In this document: piece after piece, positions 42,268 to 54,000 of the stretch
Numbering within the stretch: the first letter of the stretch is position 1
How the letters are laid out: the number at the start of each line of letters is the position of its first letter
Origin: the human T2T-CHM13v2.0 reference genome, Homo sapiens
Strand: one strand, 5' to 3'
Length of the DNA: 64,000 nucleotides
Assembly (NCBI RefSeq): GCF_009914755.1
Contig: NC_060926.1
Notes under the pieces: model-generated
What the model was told of the DNA's origin: nothing
What the model saw: only the letters and a program-made list of their open reading frames with translations
Database searches by the model: none
Made by a program: the position numbers and the translations under genes

Positions 42268-43210
42268 GAACACCAGTGACTAATCAATTATTGTTTAAGC
42301 AGCCATCAAATATTCTAAGATAGGAAGAAGCAAGTAATTTAGGAAACAAAATTAAAAAGAATCACAATATGTTATTGCTCATATAAGATAATTTTCATAG
42401 GCCTAGCACTTAGAATACGAGTATGCCATTAGTGATATAGATCACACCAATTTCAATAAAAAGTATCACTGGTCTTCTAATATATATATACATAGTTATT
42501 TTATTTTCTAAATCAAAAATATTCATGTACATAAAAAGTCATTTTTCTTTTCTTTAGTTGTTTTACAAAAACATTAATGAAAAATCTTTAGGCAATGTTT
42601 TAGAACCTTGCCAAAATGTGGGGTGGCTTTTCTTCAGTATCATACTTTGAACCCTTTAACTGCAAAGATATGCGACTTTCAAGAACTAAGAGAATACCAA
42701 TCAAAGATTTTCTCCTGTCTAGTTTTTGGTTTTCCAAGACAGTCCCAACAACACAGTATTCTTTAAAATGTGTGACAATCCAGGACCCCAAGCCACTGTA
42801 CTCACTCCTACAAAAAGGCAGAGGCTAAGAGCTCATAGCCAAGTTCTCAAAGTGTGACTGAACTTATGTGACAAGGATGTGAATCCTTTTATGGCTACCC
42901 CATTGGAACATTCAATGGTGATTCTCTTATACTATGCAAAGTATATACGAGAACGATATTCCTTCACAACCTTTGATCTCTTCCGCTTACTAGAAACTAT
43001 GTGACTCTATTATCTCATGGAAACATTACAGATGAGGTGAGGATAAATTTTGTACAAAAATAATTTTCCACACTAAAGTTGAAAACATATTTTTCTTCTC
43101 TTTAGGCAATACACATAATTTGCTCTCTTGGAAGAGTTATACAGATTTTAGAAGGGTTATTTTAAAGAGAAAAAAGGGTTTTATTTTCATGAATATGTTT
43201 TTTAAAAGTA

Positions 43211-43284
43211 TTAGGTTGGTGCAAAGTAATTGTGGTAATTAAAAGTAATGGTAAAAAAATGCAGTTACTTTTGCACCAACCTGA
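43211..43284. mobile_element. MADE1 (Hsmar1-derived MITE) with small internal deletion
   Basis: TA-ttaggttggtgcaaagtaattgtggt...gcagttacttttgcaccaacctga-TA. Confidence 0.9.
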
Positions 43285-45005
43285 TATATTCACTGTATGA
43301 TGAGTATTAGGAAGCTCTTTAAGTACCGTAAATGGAGAATTGGTCAAGGATTCTTGATAGCTGTTAGACATTTAACAAATTGCATTTATTGAAAAAAAAC
43401 AAAAAATAATAAATTCATTAACGTGGTCTATAATCATTCCAAATGTATTGTGGCTATGCAAATGGAAGTTGGAAACAACATTGAGGCTGTAAAATGGTGT
43501 CGTTGTTGGTGTTGGCCATTAGAATGTGATGGTTAAGAACATAGATTTGTGTTTCATAAAATAACTGGGAAAAGTTGTGTGTACATCAGAGGTAGGGATT
43601 TTGGGGGCCATTTTCAAATTCTACCTATAACACATATATTATCTAATTTAGATGTCATAATGACTATTCAAGCAAGCCATTAGTATATCTTTTTATTATG
43701 TAGAAAATAGAGAGGCTCACTGCATGTTGTAACATTTTGTAAGGTTTTATGAGCATGGTTTTGGCTAGAGTCCTGCTTAAATACACCGTTACTAAATTTT
43801 GAGATAGTGGAGACTTAACAGAGAACTGGGGGTTATATAGACCTATAAAAACTGGAAGTATTTAATTACACAGAGAAAGATGATGGCATTCCAGGTGAAA
43901 AAAAATAACGTAAGCAATAGGACAAGGATAATAAAAACCAGGATTATTTTATAAGAATGAATAGCCTTCCAACTGTAGAAAAGAAGTCATGTATGGATAA
44001 AATAGTGAGTGATATTAGAGGGGTTTGAAGCCAAATGTAAATGGTCTCCCATTCTAGACTAAAGAGTTTGCCCTTTGTCCTGAGAACAGGGTTTTAGGGA
44101 TTCTACCAATGATGATGAACAATGGAGCCCAATTTCCCCTTTAATTAATTACAATTACCCAAAAGAGATCAAGAGCCAGAGCAGGCCACTAGCATGACCA
44201 CATCCAGAGTTATGCACCCAACTTCTGTTACAATAAAGAATTCTCTGCTTCTGCCTATCATGTAGTTCTACCAGGGCTAGTTTGTTTGTATTTTATAATT
44301 ACTTAGATTCCCTCACTTTGGGTTCTTAAAACATACATGTAGTCATTCATTTATTTAAATAACATTTACTAAGCTACTTGTCTATGCCAAGCACTGATGA
44401 ATGTTTTATCTTTGACCTTCAAGATTTAGAAAAGTGTATAGAATGTGGTAAGTACTCTTTTACACAATATACGAATATAGTAACTGGACTTATTCTGCAC
44501 TTATATAATATCTGTATCCATACCAGTTGTTAGGGGAAAACATGGTTCATGCCCTTGGATAACTGGAGAAATATTACAAACACACAGGAAATAACTAAGA
44601 ACAGTTTAACCTGTGAGGTACTAAAAATATAAATATGACATATAATATTATATGAATTCTGAAAAGGAGGAGCTGAATTGGGCAGGATTTACCAGCAAAG
44701 GCCCCAACAGGGTTAACACTTAAATTGGGAACTTAAAGACGAAAAAAAGGTAGCTCAATCATCAAGAGCAATTCAAAAATCCATTTAGGAAGGGGAAATT
44801 AGTGACACAAAATTGTGTGTTACTGAGGATAACCTAGTCTGTCTTAATATCAGATATTTAAATAAATATTTTCCATGATTGCGGGATTTAAAAATCAGAA
44901 TGATAGGAAAGTGCCAATCTCATCTTAAATTATTATTTTCTGGGATGTCTTTGACAGCATTAATTTATGTGTATCACATATTAATCCTGCCTCTAGAATG
45001 CCATG

Positions 45006-47273
45006 TGATATGGTTTGGCTGTGTCCCCACCCAAAATCTCATCTTGAATTGTAATCCAAATTGTAATCCACATTGGTTGGGAGAGGGACATCATCAGAAG
45101 TGAATAGATCATGGGGGCAGTTTCCCCAAGCTGTTCTCATGATAGTGAGTGAGTTCTCATGAAATCTGGTGATTCTATAAGGAGTTTTTCCCCACTTTGC
45201 TCTGCACTTCTCTCTCCTGCCACCATTTGAAGAAGAATGTGTTTGCTTCTTATTCTGTCACGATTGTAAGTTTCCTGAGGCTTCCCCAGCCATGAGAAAC
45301 TGTGAGTCAATTAAACCTCTTTTCTTTAAAAATTACCCAGTGTCAGGCAGTCATTTATAGCAGCCTGAGAACAGACTAATACAGTAAATTGGTACTGAGG
45401 TAGGGAAATGCTGCTGTAAAGATACCCAGATGTAAGGAAGTGACTTGGGAACTGGGTAACAGGCAGAGGTTGGAACAGTTTGGAGGACTGAGAGAAGATA
45501 GAAAGATGTAGGAAAGTTTGGATCTTCCTAGAGATTTGTTGAATGGTTTTGACCAAAATGCTGATAGTGATATGGACAATAAAGTCCAGGCTAAGGTGGT
45601 CTCAAATAGAGATGAGGAAATTCTTGTGAACTGGAGCAAAGGTGACTCTTGTTATGCTTTAGCAAAGAGACTGGTGACACTTTGCCCTTGCCCTATAGAT
45701 CTGTAAAACTTTGAACTTGAGAGAGATAATTTAAGGTATCTGGTGGAAGAAATTTCTAAGCCATGAAGTGTTCAAGAGAAAGCAGCATAAAAGTTTGGAA
45801 AATTTATGGCCTGATGATGCAATTGAAAAGAAAATTCTCCCCACTGTCTGGGGAGAAATCCAAGCCAGCTGCAGACATATGCATAAGTAATGAGGAGCTG
45901 AATGTTAATTGCTAAGACAATGGCGAAATGCTTCCAGGTCATGTCAGAGACCTTCACAGCAGATCCTCCATTCACAGGCCTGGAGGCCTAGGAGGGAATA
46001 ATGGTTTTGTGGTCCAGGCCCAGGCACCCCTGAGATGTAAAACCCTGGGACATGGTGCCCTGTATCCCAGCTGCTTCAGCTTCAGCCATGGCTAAAAGGG
46101 GCCCAGGTACAGCTCTGGTCACTACTTCAGAGGGTGCAAGCCCCAAGCCTTGGAAGCTTCCATGTGGTATTAACCCTGTAGGTGCACAAATGAAAAGAAC
46201 TGAGGTTTGGGAACCTCCAGCTGCATTTCAGAGGATGTATGGAAATGCCTGGATATCCAGGCAGAAGTTGGCTGCAGGGGCAGAACCCTCATGGAGAACT
46301 TCTGCTAGGGCAGTGCAGAAGGTAAATGTAGGTGCCCGAACAAAGAGTCTAAACTGGGACACTGCCTAGTGGAGCTTTGAGAAGAGGCCCACAGTCCTCC
46401 AGACCCTAGAATGGTATATCCACTGACATCTTACACCATGCACCTGGAAAAGCCACAGACACTCAATGATAGACTGTGAAATCAGTCAGCAGGCCAGCTG
46501 TACCCTCCAAGGGCACAGAAAAGAGCTGCCCAAGATCATAGGAATCCACCTCTTGCATCAGTATGACCTGGATGTGAGACATGGAGTCAAAGGAGATCAT
46601 TTTGGAACTTTAAGGTTTAATGACTCCCCTACTGGATTTCAGACTTGCATAGGGTCTGTAGCCCCTTCATTTTGGCCAATTTCTCTCATTTGGAACAGGT
46701 ATATTTACCCAATGCCTATACTCTCATTGTATCTCGAAAGTAACTAACTAGCTTTTGGTTTTGCAGGCTGTAGGTGGAAGGGAGACTTTGGACTTAGACT
46801 TTTGGGTTAATGATGAAATGAGTTAAGAATTTGGGGGATTGTTGGATAGGCATGATTGTTTTTTGAAATGTGAAGACATGAGATTTGGGAGGAGTCAGGG
46901 GCAGAATTACATGGTTTGGCTCTGCGTCCCCACCCAAATCTCACCTTGAATTGTAATCCCCATAATCTCTACTTGTCAAGGGTGGGACCAGGTGGAGGTA
47001 ACTGAATCATGGGGGTAGTTTTCCTCATGCTCTTCTCACGATAATGAGTAAGTTTCATGAGATCTGATGATTTAATAAGCATCTGGCATTTCCCTCTCTT
47101 CTTGCACTCCTTCTCTCCCCTGCCACCCTGGGAAGAGGTGCCTTCCTCCGAGATTGTAAGTTTCCTGAGGCCTCCCCAGCCATGTGAAATTGTGAGTCAA
47201 TTAAACCCCTTTCCTTTATAAATTACCCAGTCTCAGGCAGTTCTTTATAGAGAAGTGAGAACAAACTGATACA
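45006..47273 (+). mobile_element. Full-length THE1 (C/D-like) MaLR: LTR 45006-45383, internal 45384-46906, LTR 46907-47273
   Basis: tgatatggtttggc starts and actaataca-type ends; internal begins gtaaattggtac and ends in purine tract gggaggagtcaggggcagaa; TSD ccatg/acatg. Confidence 0.95.
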
Positions 47274-47771
47274 ACATGAGATGTCTTTTCAACAATGGAA
47301 CTAAAGAAAAATAAAATTTAAGAACTGCAAAATTAATGTGATAATTATACTACTTTATTATTTTGATTTTATTTTCAATAGTTCATGTGAGCTTTTATCT
47401 AGACTACTAATTTACATCCTATAAATTTACATATCCAGTCACATTTATTAATAGGAAAATAGTTGAGGAAGTACAGCTGACATTTTTCTCTTTAAAAAAA
47501 TGTGGTGAAATAAAATGTTTTCTGGGAAAATATAAATTAGGTCATTTATATTGCTTACTTGTTTGGAAAAGAAAGGCCAACCAAAAAACAAAACAAAGCT
47601 ATTTATTACATATAAGGGAAAAAAATCAAGTAATACTTACATTTCTCATAGCTATATTTAATGGTTAAAAAATGATGGGAAAGTTTATGAGATCCTCAGG
47701 TAAAACCAATCTATTAAAGCTAGTAACTGTGTAACCAATCAAGTTGGTAAATTTAACAAATCAAACAAACT

Positions 47772-48205
47772 TAAAACATTATACTAAGTGAAATAAGCCA
47801 GCCACAGAAATACAAACACTGTACAATGTCACTTATATGTAGAATCTAAAAAAAGTGATCTCTTAGAAGTAGAGAGTAGAATGGTGGTTTTCAGAAATAG
47901 GGTGTTGGTGAGAAGGGGTTGGGGAGATGTAAGTCAAAGGCAATAAAATTTTAGTTAGATAGAATGAGTAACTTTAAGAGATCTGTGGTACAACATGGTG
48001 ACTATAGTCAATAACATATTTTATTCTTGAAAAATTCAGAGTGGATAGATATTTATTGTTCTCATCACAACAATGACCACTATGTAAGGTAATGCATATG
48101 TTACTTAGCTTGATTTAGCCATTTCACAATGTATATTCATTCAAAGCATCATATTATGTATTATAAATATATACAATTTTATCAATTTAAAAAAAAATTT
48201 AAAAA
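47772..48205 (+). mobile_element. L1MA-like 3' end
   Basis: ctaagtgaaataagccagccacagaaa; gaagtagagagtagaatggtggtt; gtacaacatggtgactatagt; A-tail; acaaact repeated on both sides. Confidence 0.85.
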
Positions 48206-48350
48206 TACACAAACTGTAGAGAAAATATACCTTTGAAATTTTTAAAATAAGCTATTGGGTGTTGAAATTCTACAAACCAAAATACAGAGAAGTCATAACA
48301 AACATTGAAACTTTTTAGATATATAAATAAGGTTAATAATTGGAAGTTAG

Positions 48351-48448
48351 GAATACAGAAAAATGTAAAAGTTACAAATATTGATAATAGAGCTATTAAG
48401 AATATAGAAAAATGTAAATGTTACAAATTTTAGTAATGTAGCTATTAA
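48351..48448. repeat. Diverged 49-bp tandem duplication
   Basis: gaatacagaaaaatgtaaaagttacaaat...agctattaa (48351-48399) followed by gaatatagaaaaatgtaaatgttacaaat...agctattaa (48400-48448). Confidence 0.85.
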
Positions 48449-48697
48449 CAAAAATTGAGAGGAAGAAGGAGAAACATGGGAGAAACATAAGGATGCTGTT
48501 CTTCTCATTATATATAATTGAGTACTAAAGGTATTATTATAGATTATAAATCCAGAAATAATAATTTACACATATAAAGATGTAGAAGTAACCAGTAGTA
48601 TGAAAGTAACATTGTTTTATTTTTGTAGCAATATTTATATACAACACTTTTATGATACCATTTATATACGTAAGAACAAAAACTTGAATAATGATAG

Positions 48698-49252
48698 TGT
48701 ATTAGGGTTCTCAAGAGGGGCAGAACAAATAGGATCTATGTATATAAGAAAGGGAGTTTATTAATGAAAATTGACTCACACAATCACAAGGTAAAGTTCC
48801 AAGATATGCCATCTGCAAGTTGAGATGCAAGGAAGCCAGTGGTGGATCAACCTGAGTCTCAAAACCTCAAAAGTAGGGAAGCCGACAGTGCAGCCTTCAG
48901 TCTGTGTCCAAAGGCCCTAGAGCTCCGGGAAAACCACTGAAGTAAGTCCAAGAGTCCAACAGCTGAAGAATTGGCAGTCTGATGTTCGAGGGCAGGAAGC
49001 ATCCAGCATGGGAAAAAGATGAAGGCTGGAAGACTCAGCAAGTCAAGTCCTTCCACTTTCTTCTTCCTGCTTTATTCTAGCCACACTGACAGAGGATTAG
49101 ATGGTGCCCACCCAGATAAAGGGTGAGTCTGCCTCTCCCAATCCACTGACTCAAATGTTAGTCTCCTTTGGCGACACCCTCATAGACACACACAGGAACA
49201 ACACTTTGCATCCTTCAATTCAATCAGTTGACACTGGATATTAACCATGACA
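48698..49252 (-). mobile_element. MLT2A2-like LTR (3' LTR of HERV-L)
   Basis: tgtattagggttctc...caaaacctcaaaagtagggaagccgacagtgcagccttcagtctgtg...gttgacactggatattaaccatgaca. Confidence 0.9.
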
Positions 49253-50807
49253 AGTCCACCCCTTGTCAATTTGAACCCATGCACATCTGTTAAAATCATA
49301 AATAATCTTTAAATAAGGACAATAATATGGTTGTAATTACACCTAACATAATACAGCTATCCTTCATACAACTGGAAGCACACTATTTCTTAACCTAAAT
49401 GTTATTACATAGAGTTAATGACACTTAACTGCTGATACGAAGTCAATAAATCTTACGTCACATGATAAAGGGAAAAAAAGAAAACAAAATGAAGATATTT
49501 TCTTAGTACACATGTATACAAGAATAAACATGTTCATAACAAAATAAGGAGGAAATACTCATGAAAATTACAGTTCTTGTTTCTGCAACTGGTCACATGG
49601 TTGTAGCTGGTATTAGTGACTACCTTCTTCTACAACCTATTCTGTATTCCCTTTGCCTTCAACAAGCACCTCAGCAGGTCATCGTTTTTTACCCGGTGGA
49701 GTGGTCCAAACCTTCATTCCTGAAGGGTCTGGGCCATTTGTAGTCCTGTCTTGATTGGGCTGTTGTAGTTTCCCATTGACCTTAATCACAGAACACGGTA
49801 ATACTAAAAGATGCTGTAAGGGATCTCCTGTATTCCACACATACTCTTCCTTACCTCCACTGTGGAGTAGTAGACTGAATTCATCTTTAAAGTCTGGGTC
49901 AATCACCCCAGCCAACACTATAACTCCCTTCTTAGCCTGTTGATTTAGAGGTAGGAGGAGCCCAAAGTGGCCAGGTGGCAATCTTAAACTACCAGTTTAA
50001 TGGAATCATTCTTGTGTCTTCTGGTGGTAGCATTCCTCCCTCTGGAACTAAGACCACTAGGTCCACAGAATGTAACGTTGAAGGAATAGGAAGCAATAAT
50101 TTTGCTAGTTGGTCACTACGGGTGATGGTGGGTGCTGCCACTTCCACTTCCACCCCTTGATTCATGGACCTGTGAATCCTGGCTATGCGAGAAACAGTGC
50201 CATTTATTGGATGCTAATTCAGAGCATACATAGCCTTCTGGAGAACTTTGCCCCACCCCTGCAAAGTATTGTCACCTAGTTTGTGTTGTAACTGTGACTA
50301 CAAAAAGCCATTCTGCCATTCTGTGAATCCAAATGCTGCAGTATTATGGGGAACATGGTAAGACCAGTGAATTCCATGAGCATGAGCCCACTGCCACACT
50401 TCTTTAGACATAAAAGTGAGTGGCTTGGTCAGGGGCAATGCTATGTGGAATATCATGACAGTGCATAAGGCATCCTGTGAGTCTTGGCAGAAGCATTGCA
50501 TGCTAGTTGGCCAACCCATATCCAGAGTAAGCGTCTAATCCAGTGAGGACAAACCATTGCCCTTTCCATGATGGAAGAGGTCCAATATGATCAACCTGCC
50601 AACAAGTAATTGGATAATCACCCTGAGGAATGGTGCCATATCGAGGTCTGTGTTGGTCTCTGCTGCTGGCAAATTGGGCACTCAGGGGTGGCCATGTCCA
50701 GGTCAGTTCTGGTGAGTGGAAGTCCATGTTGCTGAGTCCATGTGTAACCTCCATCCCTGCCATGATGGCCACTTTGTTCATGGGCCCATTGGGTGATGAC
50801 AGGGATG
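49253..50807 (-). mobile_element. HERV-L internal 3' part: integrase and dUTPase remnants
   Basis: ORF 49679-49981 PPGHFGLLLPLNQQAKKGV..LAGVIDPD (dUTPase); WQVDHIGPLPSWKGQ and GIHWSYHVPH (integrase); frameshifted. Confidence 0.93.
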
Positions 50808-50809
50808 AT

Positions 50810-51163
50810 AATCTCATCTTAAGTTGTAGTTCCAATAATCCCCACATGTCATGGATGGGACCCAGTGGGAGGTAATTGAATCATGGGGACAGCTACCTCC
50901 ATGATGTTCTCATGAGTTCTAGTGAGTCAGTTTTCATGGGATCTGATGGTTTTACAAGGGGGCTTTTCCCCCACTTCACTCTACACTTCTCCTTCCTGCC
51001 ACCATGTGAATCAGGACATGTTTGCTTCCCCTTCTGCCATGATTGGACATTTTCTGAGGTCTTCCCAGCCATGCTGAACAGTGAGTCAACTAAACCTCTT
51101 TCCTTTATAAATTACCCAGTCTATGGTATGTCTTTATTAGTAGCGTGAGAACAGACTAATTCA
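50810..51163 (+). mobile_element. THE1C-like LTR missing its first ~27 nt
   Basis: Begins aatctcatcttaagttgtagttcc; ends aaattacccagt...gagaacagactaattca. Confidence 0.9.
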
Positions 51164-51211
51164 CCAAGCTTATGAAGTAGCTATTCAACAAAAATGTTGG
51201 TTAAGTAGAAA

Positions 51212-51554
51212 TCATTTTTTTCCTGCTCTAACAAAATGTCACAGGTTGGGTAATTTATAATAAACAGAAACTCATTGTCTCATGGTTTTGTAGGCTGAGA
51301 AGTCCACGAGGGGCTGGCATTTGTCAAAGGCCTGCTTTCAGAAGGGCAGATAGAGGGTTAGATAGACAGTGAGAGGGCAAAAATCTACTTCTCTGATAAG
51401 CAATCTACTACTGGGATAATACTGATAGTCCATTTATGAGGGTGGAGCCCTCATGACCTAAACACCTCTTAAACGTCTCATCTCATAACACTGTTAACAA
51501 TTGCAACTACATATTTATATGAGTTAAGAGAGAACAAATACTTAAACTGTAGCA
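51212..51554 (-). mobile_element. MST/MLT1A-like MaLR LTR
   Basis: gggtaatttataataaacagaaa; atgagggtggagccctcatgacctaaacacctcttaaa; ends aaactgtagca. Confidence 0.8.
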
Positions 51555-52299
51555 ATCTATAATCATAAAATAGAGAATACATCTCCTATTTTAATTACTC
51601 ATAAAATATTCACATAAATCCATGGAAAGAAAAGATACATTTACAAAATAAGAAATGTATAAACTGTTTTTCTTGATGACAATGCAGTAAAATAAAAACA
51701 TAATAACTACTAAAGGGTGTCTTTTTATTAAATTATTTTAATAAAAACCACAGAAAACCTGATTATGTAAAAGATCAATACCATACAGAAAAGTACATAT
51801 ACAATAAGTCTAAGAAAAAAGAAAACAAAATAATAGCTACACATGATAAAATACACAATATAACTGAATATTATACACAGTTTTCAGCAAGTAAACTTGG
51901 AGTTCTTAATGAAATTCATAATTATTCTTAGTAAATAGAAACATTAATTCCACTAAGAGTAGTGGAAGTTAAATTTACACCCTCCTATCTATGCACCTAT
52001 CTCAAATAATTTTGTAGGTTAAACCTACCAGTCTATAAATAAAAACAATTCTTACAACATTTATTTCAAAGCTTAAGAAAAATTAAAAGAATTTGAGTTA
52101 ATCCATACCAAAATTAGATAAAGAACAAACTGTAATGATATGTGTGCAAATTTTTATGTATATGCAAACATTCTGAATAAATTTAAAATCTTAGAATTTC
52201 AAAATCTCTTTTACCTAGCAACTGGAAATCTATCAGCTATAAAATTCTATTTGTGTTGTTGCAAAACATTTTCTGCTAACTTTTTAAAAATTTGAAACA

Positions 52300-53160
52300 T
52301 CATTTTTAATTGACAAAAATTGTATGTATTTATTGCATGTAATGTGATGTTTTGATATATGTATGCATCATCAAATAATTAAATCAAGCTAATTAACATT
52401 TTAGTCCTCTCACATACTTAGCATTGTTTTGTGTTGAGAACATTTCAAACTACTCTCTTAGTAATTATTAAGTACATAATAGATTGTTAACCATAGTCAT
52501 CATGCTGTACAATAGCTCCGCAAAATATTTAAGTGAAATCATGTGATATTTGTCTTTTTTGTCCTAGCATAGGTCACTTACCATATGGTCCTCCAGGTTA
52601 GCCCATGTTGTTCAAAATGGCAGTTTTCCTTCTTCTTTAGGCTGAATAGCATTCCATTGTACATTTATAACACATTTTCTTTATCCATTTATCTATTGAT
52701 GGACACTTAGGTTGATTCCATATCTTGGCTATTATGACTAGTGCTGTAATGAACATGAGAGTGCAGAAACCTCTTTGACACACTGATTTTACTTTATTTG
52801 AATACATATCTGAAAGCGGAATTGCTGGATCATATGATAGTTCTATTTTTAATTTTCTGAGAAACCTCCATACTGTTTTTTTATAATGACTGTACTCATT
52901 TACATTACAATAATATGCAAGAATTACCTTTCTTCCATGTCCTTCTCAACATTTATTGTCTTTTGTCTTTTTGATAATAGTCATTCTAACAGAAGTGAGA
53001 AGATATGTCTTTGTGGTTTTAATTTGCATTTCTCTGACAAACTATGTTTAACATTTTAAAAATATAACTGTTGGCCATTTGTATTTCCTCTTTGGAAAAA
53101 TGTCTGTTCAGTTCTTCTGCCCATTTTAAAATCAGATTATTTGTTTTCTACTATTAAGTT
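52300..53160 (-). mobile_element. L1MA-like 3' end with internal deletion
   Basis: ttaattgacaaaaattgtatgtattta; aaatcaagctaattaaca; ggacacttaggttgattccatatcttggctatt; ggaattgctggatcatatg. Confidence 0.88.
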
Positions 53161-53213
53161 TTTCACTTCTTTGGTTTCTAAATTGTAAATCCATAGCATA
53201 CACACTCAAGCCT

Positions 53214-53567
53214 TGTATTAGTCTGTTCTCATGCTGCTAATAAAGACATACCTGAGACTGGGTAATTTATAAGAAAAGAGGTTTAATTGACTCACAGTTC
53301 CACATGACTGGGGAGGCCTCAAAATCATGGCAGAAGAGCAAGGGATATATTACATGGCCGTAGATGAGAGAGAGCCTGTGTAGAGGAATTCCTCTTTATA
53401 AAACCATCAGATATTCTGAGACTTATTCACTATCATGAAAACAATTCGGAGAATACCTGCCCCCATGATTCACTTATCTCCCACAGGGTCCTTCCAATGA
53501 CATATGGGAATTATGGGAACTACAATTCAAGATGAGATTTGGGTAAGGAGAGAGTCAAACTATATCA
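53214..53567 (-). mobile_element. THE1B-like solo LTR
   Basis: tgtattagtctgttctcatgctgctaataaagacatacctgagactgggtaattt...caaactatatca; TSD agcct/ggcct. Confidence 0.93.
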
Positions 53568-54000
53568 GGCCTTGATGACTACAGCAACTTCAATGATTAG
53601 TCTCTTTCCTTCTAGTCTTTCATATCTCTAATCTCTCCTACATATTCCTTTCTGAACAACCTTCTTGAAATAGTTTTCTTTTTCACTCTTTTCTCACCTG
53701 TGCTCAAAAATTTTTCTTATCTCTTCACCAACTGGCACTTAAAATGTCATTCAGTTTGCTATGACTTATAATTATAGCTTTATTTCTAAGGTCCCATCCA
53801 GACAACTGTAAACATCAACTGCTTTTTACTTTTCTCTGAAAAGTTCTTGAATAGTCTGAGCACTGTGGATTTGTTTAGCTTAGTGGCATCACCTGGAATG
53901 CTTTATTTCTTTCTCTCTGTCTTTTCAAACCCTTCTGACAGTTACGATTTACCTTAAATCCTATAACTTATGAAAAAAATCCCGCAATACCCCCAGTTGT

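Noticed and set aside
49679-49981. dUTPase-like ORF as a host or domesticated gene
   Set aside because: Normal HERV-L component, partial and surrounded by frameshifted pol.
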